64,000 bases of DNA. Origin: Nemertoderma westbladi. Taxonomy: Eukaryota > Animalia > Xenacoelomorpha. The stretch spans positions 1-64,000 of the forward strand of contig JAUCBJ010007250.1 in the NCBI GenBank assembly GCA_032718475.1, read 5' to 3'. Of the stretch, positions 30,877 through 44,418 are shown piece after piece. Each line of letters starts with the position of its first letter. Position 1 is the stretch's first letter. A model generated the notes under the pieces. That model saw only the letters and a list, made by a program, of their open reading frames with translations, had not been told where the DNA came from and did not search any database. Made by a program: the position numbers and the translations under genes.

Positions 30877-33800
30877 TTACGTTGGGGAGTCCCTAGATGT
30901 TTGTTGGATTAGGGAGGTGGTCGTGGGAAGAGTATCTTGCCTTCCATAGTTTCCGGATAGCTCTCTGTCTCTTTCCAGTAAACATAAACGACCAACTGGG
31001 CGATTGAGTTGATGTGTTTCGAATACAATTCCAGGTTTCTTAAAGTTACGTCGCATGACGACGAGTTCTACCGATCGCACTAAACCATCATCGGATATAT
31101 GAGTCTCGATGATACGACCTGTCTGCCACCGCTTACGTGGAAGATCTGATTCCACAATAAGGACCATGTCTCCGGCGCTGACGTTTTCTTGCTGCGCAAA
31201 CCACTTGGTTCGAAGTTTTAGCGTAGGCAAATAATGTTTTTCGAAATGGTCAGCGAAACGACGGGATAATAACTGCATTGTTGCCAAGTTTGTCGGCAGT
31301 ATTCGTCTCCGTCCGTGATTTCCGATTGTGGGAGCATGGCTACAGGTTTCTTCAGTAGGAAATGCACGGGTGTTAGCGCTTCTAGGGAGTCGGGACTCGA
31401 TGAGACTGGCATAAGCGGTCTCTCATTAAGATAGGCGGCGATTTCTTCCATTAACGTCCGCAAAACTTCGTCGGTGAGATACGCGCGGCAAGGCACTATA
31501 AAGTGAAATGCGGTCTTCACGCTCCTTATTAATCTCTCCCAACTTCCTCCCCACCAAGGGGCGTCGGTGGCGTTGAAGGTCCAGCTAGATGCTGTTACCC
31601 TTGGCTGATCGTCCACCTGTCTTTGGTTCCAATCGTTGACGTAAGCCTTGATTTCATTGTTGGCGCCAATGAAGTTTGTTCCCTTATCAGATCTCATCGT
31701 GTTGCTAGTTCCAAAGCGAGCGATCTGTCGGCGTAAACTCAGTATGAAGCTCTTGGTAGATAGATCGTTCACCATATCTAGACGGATCGCTCTACAAGTC
31801 ATACAGACAAAGATGACACACCATCGCTTGACTATAGTCCTAGCACGATATACTTCAATAGGGCCAAATAAATCCACACCGGTATTAGTAAAGGGTGGTT
31901 CATAGAAGCTTACTCGTTCCCTAGGTAATTCTGCCTCTCGCTGTGTTAAAGAAAAAAGCCTACTGATTGCTTTCCTACAGGGTATACAGTTCCTAAGAAC
32001 TTGGTTCAGAGCTCTACGGGGTTTATGGAAATAATAGCGAGTTCGAATTTCGCTCAGAACTCGTTCTCTACCAGCATGGTAAAGCCTACTGTGAACATCC
32101 ACAATCATCTTGATTTGTATTTCAAGATTTCTAATGACTATGGGAAATTTAGTGTCAAAGGACAATGGAGCATTAGTTAGTCTCCCTCCAACACGTATTA
32201 ACCCATCTATCATTGTGCTAGAGAAACGATCCCTTAAGCGCATCTGTGGATTTCTCACCAACAGGAAATACTTATCGGAATCTTCATAGCATTGCAGGAG
32301 TCTCAGTATCTGCTTATTGGTTTCTTCATGCTCTTGGTAACTGATCTTCTCCGTCAGAAACCTATCCGACACTTTGTATGTGGGAAGATCTTTAATAGCA
32401 TGGACCTGCTCGGATGTCAGTGGAGCGGTATCACTAGCGATCTTCGTCCTGGAGTAGTGATGATGGAAGCATCGCTTCAAATACACGACGGCCTTACAAA
32501 GCCGATTCCAGGAGCTATAGTGATTTATCGCTCTCTGCAGGAGAGGTGAGAGTCCCTGCGAGATGTCTGGTGTTCCAGATTTCCAGTCTCTTTCTCTGAT
32601 GTCTATAACAGATTTATTTGTGGTGGGGGAGTTTAGATCCACAGCGTCGTCCCTGGAGATGTGTAGTACAGACAGATCTATCACGGGTTTAAATAACTTT
32701 GATTTACTCGTCTGGGTTTTAGGTTTGACTTTCTCCGCTCCCTTGGCTTGTCTAATCTCAGCCGTGGTGAGATGAGGAGGCCATTCATCCTCTTCTTTAC
32801 TTAGGAAGTCGGGTCCACCTAACCAGTCTGGAGTATCTATCAGTTCTTGAGGAGTTGCTCCTCTGGAGGCGATGTCGGCTGGATTAATCGTCCCAGGGCA
32901 ATGTCTCCATTGATCTACATTAGAGCGACTAAGTATAATGGCTACTCTGTTGGTAACGAAGACGCTGAACTGACAGACTTCATTGGTTATATACTCCAAA
33001 ACGAGTAAAGCATCAGTCCAATAGACAGTTTTCTCCAGTGGATAGTCGATCTGTTCTGTTACATTCCGGCCGATGGCTGTAGCGTCTAGAGCCGCCTTTA
33101 ACTCCGCTCGAGGAACTCGTAGTTTGTTGTTTATCAAGGCCTTAGAGGTGACCAAGGCAACTTTAATTCCATCCGGAGTTTCAACCCTCAGGTAGGCTAC
33201 TATACCTATTCCCATATCGCTGGCGTCTCCAAACACATGGAGTTGATAGGAATACGTGGGGAGAACGTGACCAAAATATGAACGGGAAATCATAAAGTTC
33301 TCGATGGAAGGTAGAGAATCTTCCCATTTCATCCACTTCTTTAGTAGTTCTCCCTTAAGTGGATCGTCCCACGAGTGGTTTTCAAGCCACATTTGTTGCA
33401 CTAAGCTCCGAGCAACCAATATAACTGGGCTAATAAATCCCAATGGATCGAAATAAGTGCTCAGGATACTTAGACAAATCCGTTTAGTTCTAACTGGATT
33501 ATCTCGCTGTTTTAACTGGAAAAACAAGATATCTCTCTCCGTGTCCCATTTCAAACCAAGCGTCTTGGTTTCCGGAAGATCGTCCTTGATGAGGTCCAGA
33601 TCTTTAACACCTCGGTCTTCTACCGGGATCGATTCCAGAAACTCACGGGAGTTACTAGTGAATTTGGTTAGTCGAAATCCACCGCGTCGCAAACACTCTA
33701 CCGTTCCCTTGGCAACATCAATGGCTTCTTTCACCGATGGGAGGGACTTTAAATTGTCGTCCATGTATATATCCCGTTTGATGTTGTCGATAACTGCTTT

Positions 33801-36800
33801 AGAGAAGGCGTCTCGGTTGTCATCAGCAGTGGTGCGCACTACTGAACAAGCGTTCGAGGGGCTCGAGATGATCCCGAAAGCCTGGATGGTCATCCAGTAC
33901 TCCACCGGTTTTTGGTTGAGGTCTCCTTCAGGCCACCACAGAAATCGTAGGCTGTCTCGATCCCTATCCAGCGCCTTGACTTGTAAGAACATGCCTTCTA
34001 TATCCGAAGCGAAAGCGATAGAATATTGCCGTAATCTTAATAGTATTCCCAACAAGGATTGGAGTAAGTTGGGTCCAGGCAACAATTCGGAGTTCAGGGA
34101 TTGGCCCATGTAAAGGGCGGAGCCGTCGAACACTACCCGGACTTCGTTGGGTTTACCGGGTTTGGGAACGTAATGATGTGTTAGATAATACGTTCTCTCT
34201 GTGATGGGTGTTTCTTCCGGTACTCGCTCCGCGTATCCCTTATCGATAAATTTCTTCAGCTGGGTCTTATACATTTCCCTGGCTGAGACATTGGCCGTAA
34301 GACGCCGATGTAGTTGCGCGATTCTCTTCTCCGCTAATGGTCGTTATTTATAAAGTTGGGTTCTCGCCGTCGGAACGGAAGACCAATCTCATAGCGACCT
34401 TGATCTTTAAGAAAACGGGTAGTCGTTTCCTGAATCTGCTTGGCTCTCTCTTCCTCGACGGACAGGGCCTTGTCGTAGGAATTAGGCTCTACTGCTTCTT
34501 GAGTAAAGAATCGTATGGCGTGTTCATCGCGAATCTTATTGTTGTATCGATCTATCACCTCGTTTAATTCGTCGTTGTAGTTGAATTGTCCGCCATAATT
34601 GATGAGATGGCACAGGTTTACTTGGTTTCGCCAAGTTTCATTTTCGGTGAGGAGGTCGATTGTATTTTCCTCGTCGAATAATTGGTTAATATCGTCATTA
34701 TCTGAGGAGTATGGTATTCCCTCAGTTGTGGTTTCTCCCTCACTGATTTCTTCTTCCCATTCACTCACCTGATGTATCCTTTCTTGAGGGAGTCTTTCCA
34801 TCAGTGTTCTACGGGAAGGTCCAGTGAAGTACCAACCTACTCTCGTTCTTCCCGCGTACGTTTGTAATGGTTGCGGTCAAGCAGGCCGTTTTTCTAATGT
34901 CTCTAGCGCCTCGTGCGCATTTTGGCCGATCAATATCTGTACCCCTGGGTAGTCGGTGTTGAATCTAGGGATATCATGCTGCTGGGTAAAATGATCTTCG
35001 TCCCAGTTGTAAGGTTCCACTTGGCTGGTAGCAAAGTTCTTTATCGCCACCATTTTTACTGACCTTATGCTATGTTCTCCTAGTTCATCCTGGGGAGTGG
35101 ACAACGCGCCTACATAGTAATCTGTAGCTACTGTGGATTTCCAAACCTGCATAATTCCTGAAAGGTTCAACTTAGTTCGGAACTTGGGTTGTCCAGCAAA
35201 GATGTCTTCGGCTAGTTCTTTGTCGATGAATGTACCTGTGCTGCCGGAGTCAAGGAGGGCGTTTACTATAAGACTCTTACTTAGCCCGTGGACTCTCAGC
35301 TGCACCACTGGGAATTCCCGGATTCCGACGTTGGAAGTTGGCGCTTTCCAAGATGGTTGTCGGTCCGGAATAGTCAGTTGCGCTTCGTTATCGGTTTCAG
35401 TCTCATACGTAAGCGCTCGATACACTGCGGTGTTTATCATATAACAGGATTCGTTTTCGTCGGAGAATTCGTCCGTGTAGAATCCTTCCATCTCAGAGCT
35501 GTGGTCAGTGTCGTTCACATCACTGAATTGGACATGTAGTTCGGACTCACTTACCTGACTCGTGCGGGTTCTATCAAATTCTGTGTGCAGCAAGATATGA
35601 TGTTTTGCGCCGCACTTAGTGCACCTCGTGTCTGAGTAACAGGTCCGCCGTTGGTGTCCTTGTCTGAGACAATTATAACACAACCGCTTATCCCACATGA
35701 CATCACGTCTATCCTTTAGGGATTTCTTCAAGAATTCATCACATCCACTCAAGCGATGGGGCCCGTCGCACAATGCACATTTGGGTTTGATGTTACTTAC
35801 TTTAACCTGGGTTGTGTTGTGCACACTTGTTCTTTCCTCGGGCTTTCTTCCATGAATTCTCTTAGGAGACATGGGAGGAGTTGTTGTTACCTGTTCTCTC
35901 CTGTCACTGGTTCGAGACTTAGATTTACTTACTGTCTTTACTGTGTTTTGTTGACATAATAAGATCTTTCGGTGTCTTTCCCGCTGTTCTCCTTGTGGGA
36001 GGTCTGGCTTTCGCCGTCGTCTGTATAACACACTGGTGTTACCTTTCTCCTAGAAACGGGTTTTTCACTCACCTTATTTTCCGGTGTCTTCTCTCGGGAC
36101 TGCTTTAGGAGCTGTAATCTTACCTCTCCATTTAAGAATGACATGAGATCAGCCATGGTAGGGTCTCTTTGTTGCTGGTCCATCATATAGAGAACTCTTT
36201 TGTCCCAACGAGTACCTACTCCACCCTTTGGCAAAGTAGATGCTACGGCTCCAACAACCATGGAACTCTGATATTCATGAGACTTACCTAACCAATCTAG
36301 TTGTCTACAGATCTCCTGAATCTCATCGGAAAACTCTATAATCCCGCTGCTAAGGAACTTTCGGGGCGCTACTAATTTCGCATACAAATACCTAGCTATG
36401 TTAGTCCTATTACCATACCTGATGTTTAGTGTATCCCAAACTTGTCTTAATCCATCTGGATGTCCAATAAACTTTAACGCCATTAACTTGGGAGGTCCTT
36501 CCAAGCACTCGATGAGGAATCTAAGTTTCTCTCCGTTAGATAGTACAGAGTTCTGTATGTTATCTTTATAATACTCATTAAAAGGTAACCATTTCATCTC
36601 ATCTCCATTGAACTTGACGATCTCTCCCACCTTTACCGCTTGACGGGCTTCGGTTCTAGCCATTTGACGCATAAAACTTTCTTGGGCCATCGTATTATTT
36701 AATATCGAGTTATCGGTATATAAATTTCTCGGATTATGATCAGGTCTTATGGAATATCATTATCAACAGGTTTATAATTACCCTTAATAGGGGCTACTAT

Positions 36801-39339
36801 AGGAGTTTCTACTTCACTAGCAGTATAGATGCGTGTAGGCTCCACACCTTGCGCATGAAATACTTCAGACCTAACAGGTTGACACATTGTTACAGGTGGT
36901 GGTATACCCCTTTGTATATTTACTAATTTATCGCGTTCTAACGCGATACTCTGCTGCACTTCTTGCAATTCTAACCTACTCTCTCTTACTGTTCCCTTTA
37001 ACTGCTGAACAGTCCCTTCCAACTCTCGGACCTGTTGGGAGGAACGTATACGATGTTCCTCCAGCTGCCCGAGCAGGAGATCCGTCCCCCGCCGTCCCTC
37101 ATCCACCCACTCTACCGCCGAAGCGGGAGCCGCCAACATAGTAGCGGGTAGACGAGGGACGACGGGCGACAAATCGTTGATGTCTTGCTCGGCGTCCAGG
37201 ACTGGGATTGATTCAGGGGCTGTTCTACTGGGCACAGGTAGTTTAGTACTGTGCAAAGGGAATTTAGAGTTAGGTTCTGGAAGTACAGGGGTCTCTATCA
37301 CAGAGGGAGTGGCTTCGAGAACAGGCCTAATTATTTCAGGCTCATCTACTATAGTAGGGAGTCTTTCTACCCTAATAATTTGGTCTGTAGGCGCAGGATT
37401 ACTTAAATCTACACTAGCTAGTTGCCTTCTCACAGCTGGAGGCAAATTAGGCAATTTCTGCCGGTGCAACGCCCTTCTACGTCCGCTGGAACGAGATTTA
37501 TTTCCTCTACCTTCAGGATCTGTTGTATCGCCTTCATCAGAGGATGTAAATCCCTGTCTCTTGGGAGTAGATCGACTTAGCAGCTGCATCTGAGTAGCTG
37601 TTCTCTGTTTGTTTAAGTAATCTTGCTTCACTTGAAGATTTTCCAGCTCTAGTTGGGCTGTCTCTTCAGATGCCCTCCGTTTTGCTTCTACCACGGCCTC
37701 TGCCGCTTTTCTTTCAGCTTCTGCCACCTTTCTTTCAACTTCTGCCGCTGCCGCTGCCGCTTTTCTTTCAGCTTCTGCCGCCTTTCTTTCAACTTCTGCC
37801 GCTGCCGCTGCCGCTGCCGCTGCTGCTGCCGCTGCCGCTTTTCTTTCAGCTTCTGCCGCTGCCGCTGCTGCTGCCGCCTTTCTTTCAGCTTCTGCCGCTG
37901 CCGCTGCTGCTGCCGCTGCCGCTGCCGCTGCCGCTGCCGCTGCCGCTGCCGCTGCTGCTGCCGCTGCCGCTGCCGCTGCCGCTGCCGCTGCCGCTGCCGC
38001 TGCCGCTGCCGCTGCCGCTGCCGCTGCCGCTGCCGCTGCCGCTGCCGCTGCCGCTGCCGCTGCCGCTGCCGCTGCCGCTGCCGCTGCCGCTGCCGCTGCC
38101 GCTGCCGCTGCCGCTGCCGCTGCCGCTGCCGCTGCCGCTGCCGCTGCCGCTGCAGCTGCCTTTCTGTCTTCTATCTGTTTTTTCTTTAGTTGTTCATCCT
38201 GCTCCATAGCGATGAGGATGCTTTCATCAAATTTAGCCTGCTCAGCGGCTAATATTTCCGCGTCTAACGAGTCCAACACAAATTTGGCCCCCTCACTATT
38301 AGGGTGAAGTCCAGCTAGCCTTCTCCTTAGCTCTTTGTCACCTATGAATCGTTGATAGTCCGACAGATAGATGTCAATAGCATCCTTCTTCTGAGGTTTC
38401 TCGGATGTAGCTTCGCTTTCCACCTGAGAAAAGGTAGCGTCTGTTGATTCTCCGTGGGTCATGCGCTCGGTTAGCTGAGCTTTCCATTGTGTCGTTCCCT
38501 GGACTTTAAGACTCACCCATTGGAACCAAGTCTTTACGGCCACTTGCAACGACGTGTCTTGGCTTCTCTTCGAAGCTTCCTCAAAGGCTGAAAGGATTAG
38601 TCTGATCCGTAAAATTCGTTCTCGCACTTGATAAAGCAGCTCTCCCTGCTCTTGAGGTCCTTGACGTTGTTGAAACAGGTGTTCCTCTAATCGCTCCAAA
38701 GAGCTGAAGAATCCCTGGACATATCCTGCTGCCGACCTCTTCCACACAGCTGGATCTCGAGTGTCCCTTACTACTCCCATCCTGTATAAGTCCTCCCAGG
38801 CAGCTTCCGATAAGTTAAACGGGAGTCCGGGTCCGGGGAAGTTCCATTGCGTCTCGACAATAGACCTTCAGTTCCTCCATCGTGTATCCCGCATAACTGT
38901 CCTTGGTCGATCGCTTACTTCTCGCCCAATCGATTTGATGTTCTTCCACAGCAATCAATACTCTAGTGAGTACGGCTCCAGGAAGAATTAGAAGTGGATC
39001 TGGATAAACCGCTTCTGTCATCCTTGCTCCGATCTCGGGTGTCAACTCTACAGTGTCTGAACTACTGGAGTTATCGGGCCGCTGAGAAATAAGTTCTCGG
39101 TTCGGGTGCTGCTGCTGTTTAACAGCTGCCTCTTGGTCCCGCTTGACTTGAGCCCTAGTGCCTATGATAGACCTATGGTGCTTTACTAGCCTAGGGTCTG
39201 ATACTACTACTGTAGGGATGACCTTTCTTACAGTAGGAGGGGACTTGGACTTCGGTCTCAGATTTTCTATACTCCTATCTGAGTCACAGACTGTTCTTTC
39301 TAGGAGACTATCTGACAGTGTTTGCTTTGTGTCAGCCAT
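30877..39339 (-). pseudogene. gag-pol: Frameshifted BEL/Pao gag-pol of element B (7 ORF pieces)
   Basis: Gag KFNGD..W; CALCDGPH, CYNCLRQGHQRRTC, CTKCGAKH; protease LLDSGS; RT YMDD; RNase H HVFGDAS, PRAEL; integrase GVDLFGP, SDKGTNF, WERLI. Confidence 0.93.
37740..38160 (-). repeat. (GCGGCA)n hexamer expansion encoding ~90 consecutive alanines plus AEAERK repeats
   Basis: Near-perfect (GCCGCT)n on the plus strand at ~37891-38160, in frame in ORF 36747-38780. Confidence 0.92.
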
Positions 39340-41228
39340 GATTTATATTGCAGTTGAATGCCTACTACTATAACGACAGTTAAAGTAAGTCTAGTAATTC
39401 AGTATCAACTGTAAGCCTAGTAATTAATTACCGATACCGTTACTCAGTGTAACGTGATATATATATATATTAAAATACCGGTATACACTTATAGTATATA
39501 TATAAGTATTATTATAGACTAGGGTTAGTCACAGAATACCGGTATATAATTTCAGCCTAAATTTATATAAATATATATAATAAGCCTACCGTAAATACCG
39601 GTATACACCTATAGTATATATAAGTATTATTATAGACTAGGATTAGTTATCAGAATACCGGTATATAATTTCAGCCTAAATTTATATAAATAAATATAAT
39701 AAGCCTACCGTAAATACCGGTAATGTCAATTATTTTATAATAACTGAATTTCTGAATTTTAGGGTTACTTTCCTTTACTTTATTACTGTTATTAAGCAGT
39801 AGTCCAACTGATATTAAGACCTAATTGATGTATAACAGGCCTACTATTTTATAAATCTGTTTTAGTTGATTTATAATATATTATGTACCCGTACAAGGGG
39901 TTGTGACAATAGTTTGAAATAAATGTTATTATTTCTGGGTAAGGAGTCACTGCACAGAAGCTGAACGCTCTCAGTGGAGTGCTACTTGTTGGACACTAAA
40001 ACGAATAATTCTACTTTACTAAGTTACTTATCACTACAAATTACTTACAATTACAGTTTGAGATTACAATCTCTAAATAAACACCAAAAGTTACACGTAC
40101 AAATTTTAGGGTAATTTTACAAGAAATCTACAAACCAGCCTAACAAGGAGTTAGAATTTCTGGTTCTTACAAACTGACAGGATACTACGGTATTTGAAAA
40201 CAATAAAGCAGTAGTAAGTAAATTGCATTATCCAGATAAGAAAATACCACCGTCTGACGACTTATAGTCTTAGCTCTATAAGTACTACGTTATGTACCCG
40301 GAGTGTCCTTACCTATAAGTCAATTACCGCAGCCAACCAGAGCTAACGTGCCTATTAACCACTTTACAACACAAATATACTGCCTACACACTAAATTACT
40401 TTCGGAAAGCACTGTACACTAAACCCTAAATTAGGTACAAGTACTTATACAACAAATAACCAGCAGTTAAATATACTTGAACAGCTAAAAGAACCACGGT
40501 ATCTGCTGGAGTGACCGGAGCACAAAATCACCAGTCTTTACCTACGCCAAGCAGCCCTGATGTAGTACCGGGGTTAATTTAACTATAACGCTATGTATAA
40601 TAAGCACAATTACTGTAGGAATAAACTTGGGGGGTTGTAGGTTGCGAATACTCGCATATACTCTGAATAATAAATATTACGCTACCCGTGCAGACTATAC
40701 AAACAAAATACAGACCAAATGCTGGCAGACTACTGTCAAGCCTAAATAAATTACAGTATATGGAGACTCCGAAATGGTTAGTTAGTAGGCGTTCTAACCA
40801 AGTAGTACGACTTATTCTTTCGGGGGGATTTACCTTACAGCACTGGATGCCCCCCACCTTCCTAACTAGCACTTTATCGGACAGACACTCTACACACACT
40901 GCAATCGCTTCGGACCTAACAACAGTCAGACAACAATCCGGCCTACAAATTATTTATACAATCTGAGCAGGCTTACACGCCTTCTGCTCAATATTACACT
41001 TACAGATAAATAAACTGACAGAAATAAGTAAACCATACAAAGGAATAAGGGGTGATCAATCCCTAATCCCCTAACAGCCTGCAATATACAATATTTTACA
41101 ATCGAAATAATACTGGTACCTGTAAGTACCGGTTCGGGTGGTTAGGTAGTTAGGCCTACAGTTCACCGTCCAACCGGTACATTCGACTTTATTGCCTACG
41201 GTGCGATAAAGAAACAAAAATCTATTAT

Positions 41229-42058
41229 TGTTCGCGCTTTTAGACCTTTAGCAGTTTAACCTGCCAATTTTAGTTGTCTTCTTGTTTATAAATCGACTTT
41301 AGCCTAGACCAATTATTTAATGTACTGAAGTTACATCCACCGAATCCAGTCTGTGCGTGATCATTCACCCACAGTTAAGGGAGACTGGATTCGGGTGCTT
41401 TGAAGTTATTGCGGTGCAGACCTACTGTATTATTCGATTGATAGTTACTATATAATCTCTGACAAATATATTTACTTTCGGGGAAATATTAACAGTTCCT
41501 TTAGGACGTGGCGCTTTAAGTATAAAAACAGAGTTATGACTTATACTAATCACAACTAGATGGCTACTGAGTTTCGTAAATAGCGCATTCTTTAGGAGAT
41601 GCTTCATTATCTGTCACACTACTTCACACGACTTCACACTACTGCACACTGATCTGCCGACCGTCACTGAATTTGATCATATATAAGGAAGATCGCAACT
41701 GACGCTTGTAGGGATTATGAAATAGCATTTAATTCATACAAAAACCACTACAATTTAAGTCGCAGTTGCTACCGGTAACCTGTTCCTCTCACCTTCAGTA
41801 ATCAAGAAGATTGGGGGTTTTATGATTATTCATCGGTATTCTTCAAATATATCAGCAATATATATCCATATAACAACAATTAATAACAGAAGCAAATAAT
41901 GCAGTGAACAATCAGTATGTGTTACGTAATGCATTGAGTTGTGTTATTCAGTATGTATGCAGGATAATAGATTTACGTTCTTGTAATCAAAGCCATCAGA
42001 TGTTTAGGCCAAAGTCTGAAACTTCTGATGACTTGTTATGTCCGCAAAAGCTTTTACA
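41229..42058 (-). repeat. 5' LTR of element B (830 bp, with a ~275-bp U3 deletion)
   Basis: Matches 5224-6020 and 6297-6327. Followed by TSD CATAT. Confidence 0.92.
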
Positions 42059-42199
42059 CATATGGTGGGATATACATGAAAAGTAAAGACGATCCATCTA
42101 CTAAACGTAATTGAAAACAATCAGTATAGAATGATTCAATTGACAGAATTAAATGTTTCATTGATAAACGGTAAGAAATGGAGCAGCCGCCACTTGGGT

Positions 42200-42440
42200 A
42201 GAGCTCAATACAGTTTGCAGTCAATGCAGGACATTGCTTTCGCCGTGAGGACCAGCCAGTGCATAATCTTGTACTTTGGCTGCCTCATGGAGTGAATAAG
42301 CATGGTGGCCAGCCCATGACTTTCTTGAGACGCATCTTAAAGGACACTGGCCTTGAAGATGCGGGTGATCTAGCAAATGTCATGGGTGATAGGGAGTTGT
42401 GGCGGTGCAATTTTGTCGAAAATGCAGCTGCAATGCAGCA
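42200..42440 (+). pseudogene. 3' fragment of an RTE-clade LINE
   Basis: GHCFRREDQPVHNLVLWLP..G.P.T..LKDTGL..MGDRELWR resembles the RTE ORF C-terminus. Confidence 0.65.
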
Positions 42441-42699
42441 TGCCGATCCTAGAATACAGTTTAAATCGGGAAAGTTAACAGTATGGTAACCCTGTCCACG
42501 AAGCTAAGGAAAATCAACTACTTTCGCTAAGAAAGATTTTCCTTAGCTGAGATGGTCTATTCATAGTGGGCTATTTTCCTTGTATGGAGCAGATTTGGTT
42601 TTTTTGACCCCCGGCAAATCTAGCCTTTAAAAGTACCCTGAAATTTTGCATGTATATACTGCTCGGCGAGGCGCATCTTTTGGGCCGGGTCTCATATCC

Positions 42700-44100
42700 A
42701 GGAAAAATCTGGTTTCCATGGCAACGGACTTAGAAAAAAGTCTATGTATTTCAAGTCAATATTTATAACTCTATTTATAGGAAAACTATAATAGATATAA
42801 ACTTGGGGTTTCGCAACACAACTATAAGGTCCATAGCAGATCCGATTGAGGCTAAATAGAAAATCCAGTTACCTTGGCAACCGGGATAAACAGATGTTAA
42901 AATTTATAAAATGTTAATTTGAGGCCTAAGGGCAAGGTGTTATGACTTGGGACCAACCCGTACCCCCACTATATAACTTATTCTGCATCCGAATTACATT
43001 GTTCTATTTTTCAGTTACCATGACAACCGCTGAAAACAGATGTTTTTATTCAAAACTTATTCATTTGGACATAGACTTCACGATAAAATTTTACAAAACT
43101 GGGTATGTGTTATCTGGACAACTAGTTGGAACTTTTAGTGAAACTCAAATCATTCCAGAAATATCTAGTTACCGTGGTAACTGGAGTTTATTACAGATTA
43201 TATCATTCAAGTCTATATTCATAACTCTATTTGTAGAAAAACCGCAATAGATATAAACTTGGGGTTTCTCAACTCAACTATAGGGCCATAGTCGAGCAGA
43301 TTGAGGTAAATTAAAAAATCATGTTACCATGGCAACCAGGCTAAACAGATGTTCAAATTTAAAAATGATAATTTTAAGCAAAAGTTAAAGGTATTACAGT
43401 ATGACATGGGACCAATCCCTACCCCCTCTATATAACTTATTCTGCATCCGAATTACGTTGTTCTATTTTTCAGTTTCCATGGCAACTGCTAAAAACAGAT
43501 GTTTTGACACAAAAATTGTTCATTTTGAACATAGACTAAGCGATAACATTCTCTGAAACTGGGTATGTAATACATGGACTCCTATTTGGAACTTTTAGAA
43601 AAACTCAAAACTTCTAGAAATATCTAGTTACCATGGTAACTGGAATTTATTAAAATCCATTACATTAAAGTCTATTATCTCTATTTGTACAACAACCATA
43701 ATAGATCGAAACTTGAAGTTTTTCAACTCAATTATAAAGACAATTGTTGCGCTTATTGAGGTCAATTAGAAAATTCAGTTACCAGGCAACCAGGATAAAC
43801 ATATGTTTAAATTTATCAAATAATTACTTAAGCCATACATTTAGATATTACGACTTGGGACCAACCCCTACCCCCACTATATCACTTATTCTGCATCCAA
43901 TTAACGTTTTTATATTTATCAGTTTCCAAGACAACCACTGCAAACTGATGTTTTAACAAATACATCCTTAATTTTGGACATCCACTACTCAATGAAACTT
44001 CTTGAAGTCAATTTGTGTCAAGGAACCACAAACTGGATCTTAATGTAAAACCGAGCAGTTCTAGAAAACTCCAGTTGCCATGGTGATGGGAGTTGAATTA
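42700..44100. repeat. Satellite-like array: ~153-bp monomers in ~456-bp trimers, each monomer with a GTTNCCATGGNAAC palindrome
   Basis: Motif copies at 42712, 42868, 43014, 43168, 43323, 43473, 43627, 43778, 43922 and 44074. Every third monomer is most similar. Confidence 0.85.
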
Positions 44101-44162
44101 AGACATATGACTTTTACCTAGGTAAACCAATGAACTGATGAGGCAAGTGTGTTTGATTTTCA

Positions 44163-44357
44163 TTAGCTTCGTGGTTGCATTTCCTTAAGGAAATGCCTTT
44201 CTAGTAAATTAAGATTACACTGGTTTTTTACAGTATGAGTTTCACGAAGAAATATTATATGAAAAATAGACAAAAACCAGTTTATATTCATGTTATTTAA
44301 AGTGTTAGTACCATTGATATTCCACGAAAAAATGTTTAAGTCAATAAACTGCCACAC
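44163..44357 (-). pseudogene. N-terminus of a LINE APE endonuclease
   Basis: IFSWNING...IIFLRETH motifs. Confidence 0.65.
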
Positions 44358-44418
44358 TAACCCCTTTTCTTAAAAACCGAGTTCGGCATCTTCAGGCGGT
44401 CAACTTCTATGTAACTAT

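Larger units (their letters stand above)
5224..42058 (-). mobile_element. BEL/Pao LTR retrotransposon B (decayed; contains nested element A)
   Basis: LTRs 5224-6327 and 41229-42058 with TG...CA termini. TSD CATAT at 5219-5223 and 42059-42063. PPT GGGAGCGG at 6328-6335 (minus). Frameshifted gag-pol with BEL motifs. Confidence 0.93.

Noticed and set aside
37653-38209. Poly-CR and poly-LP ORFs (also 92-486)
   Set aside because: Antisense readings of the alanine-codon hexamer repeat.
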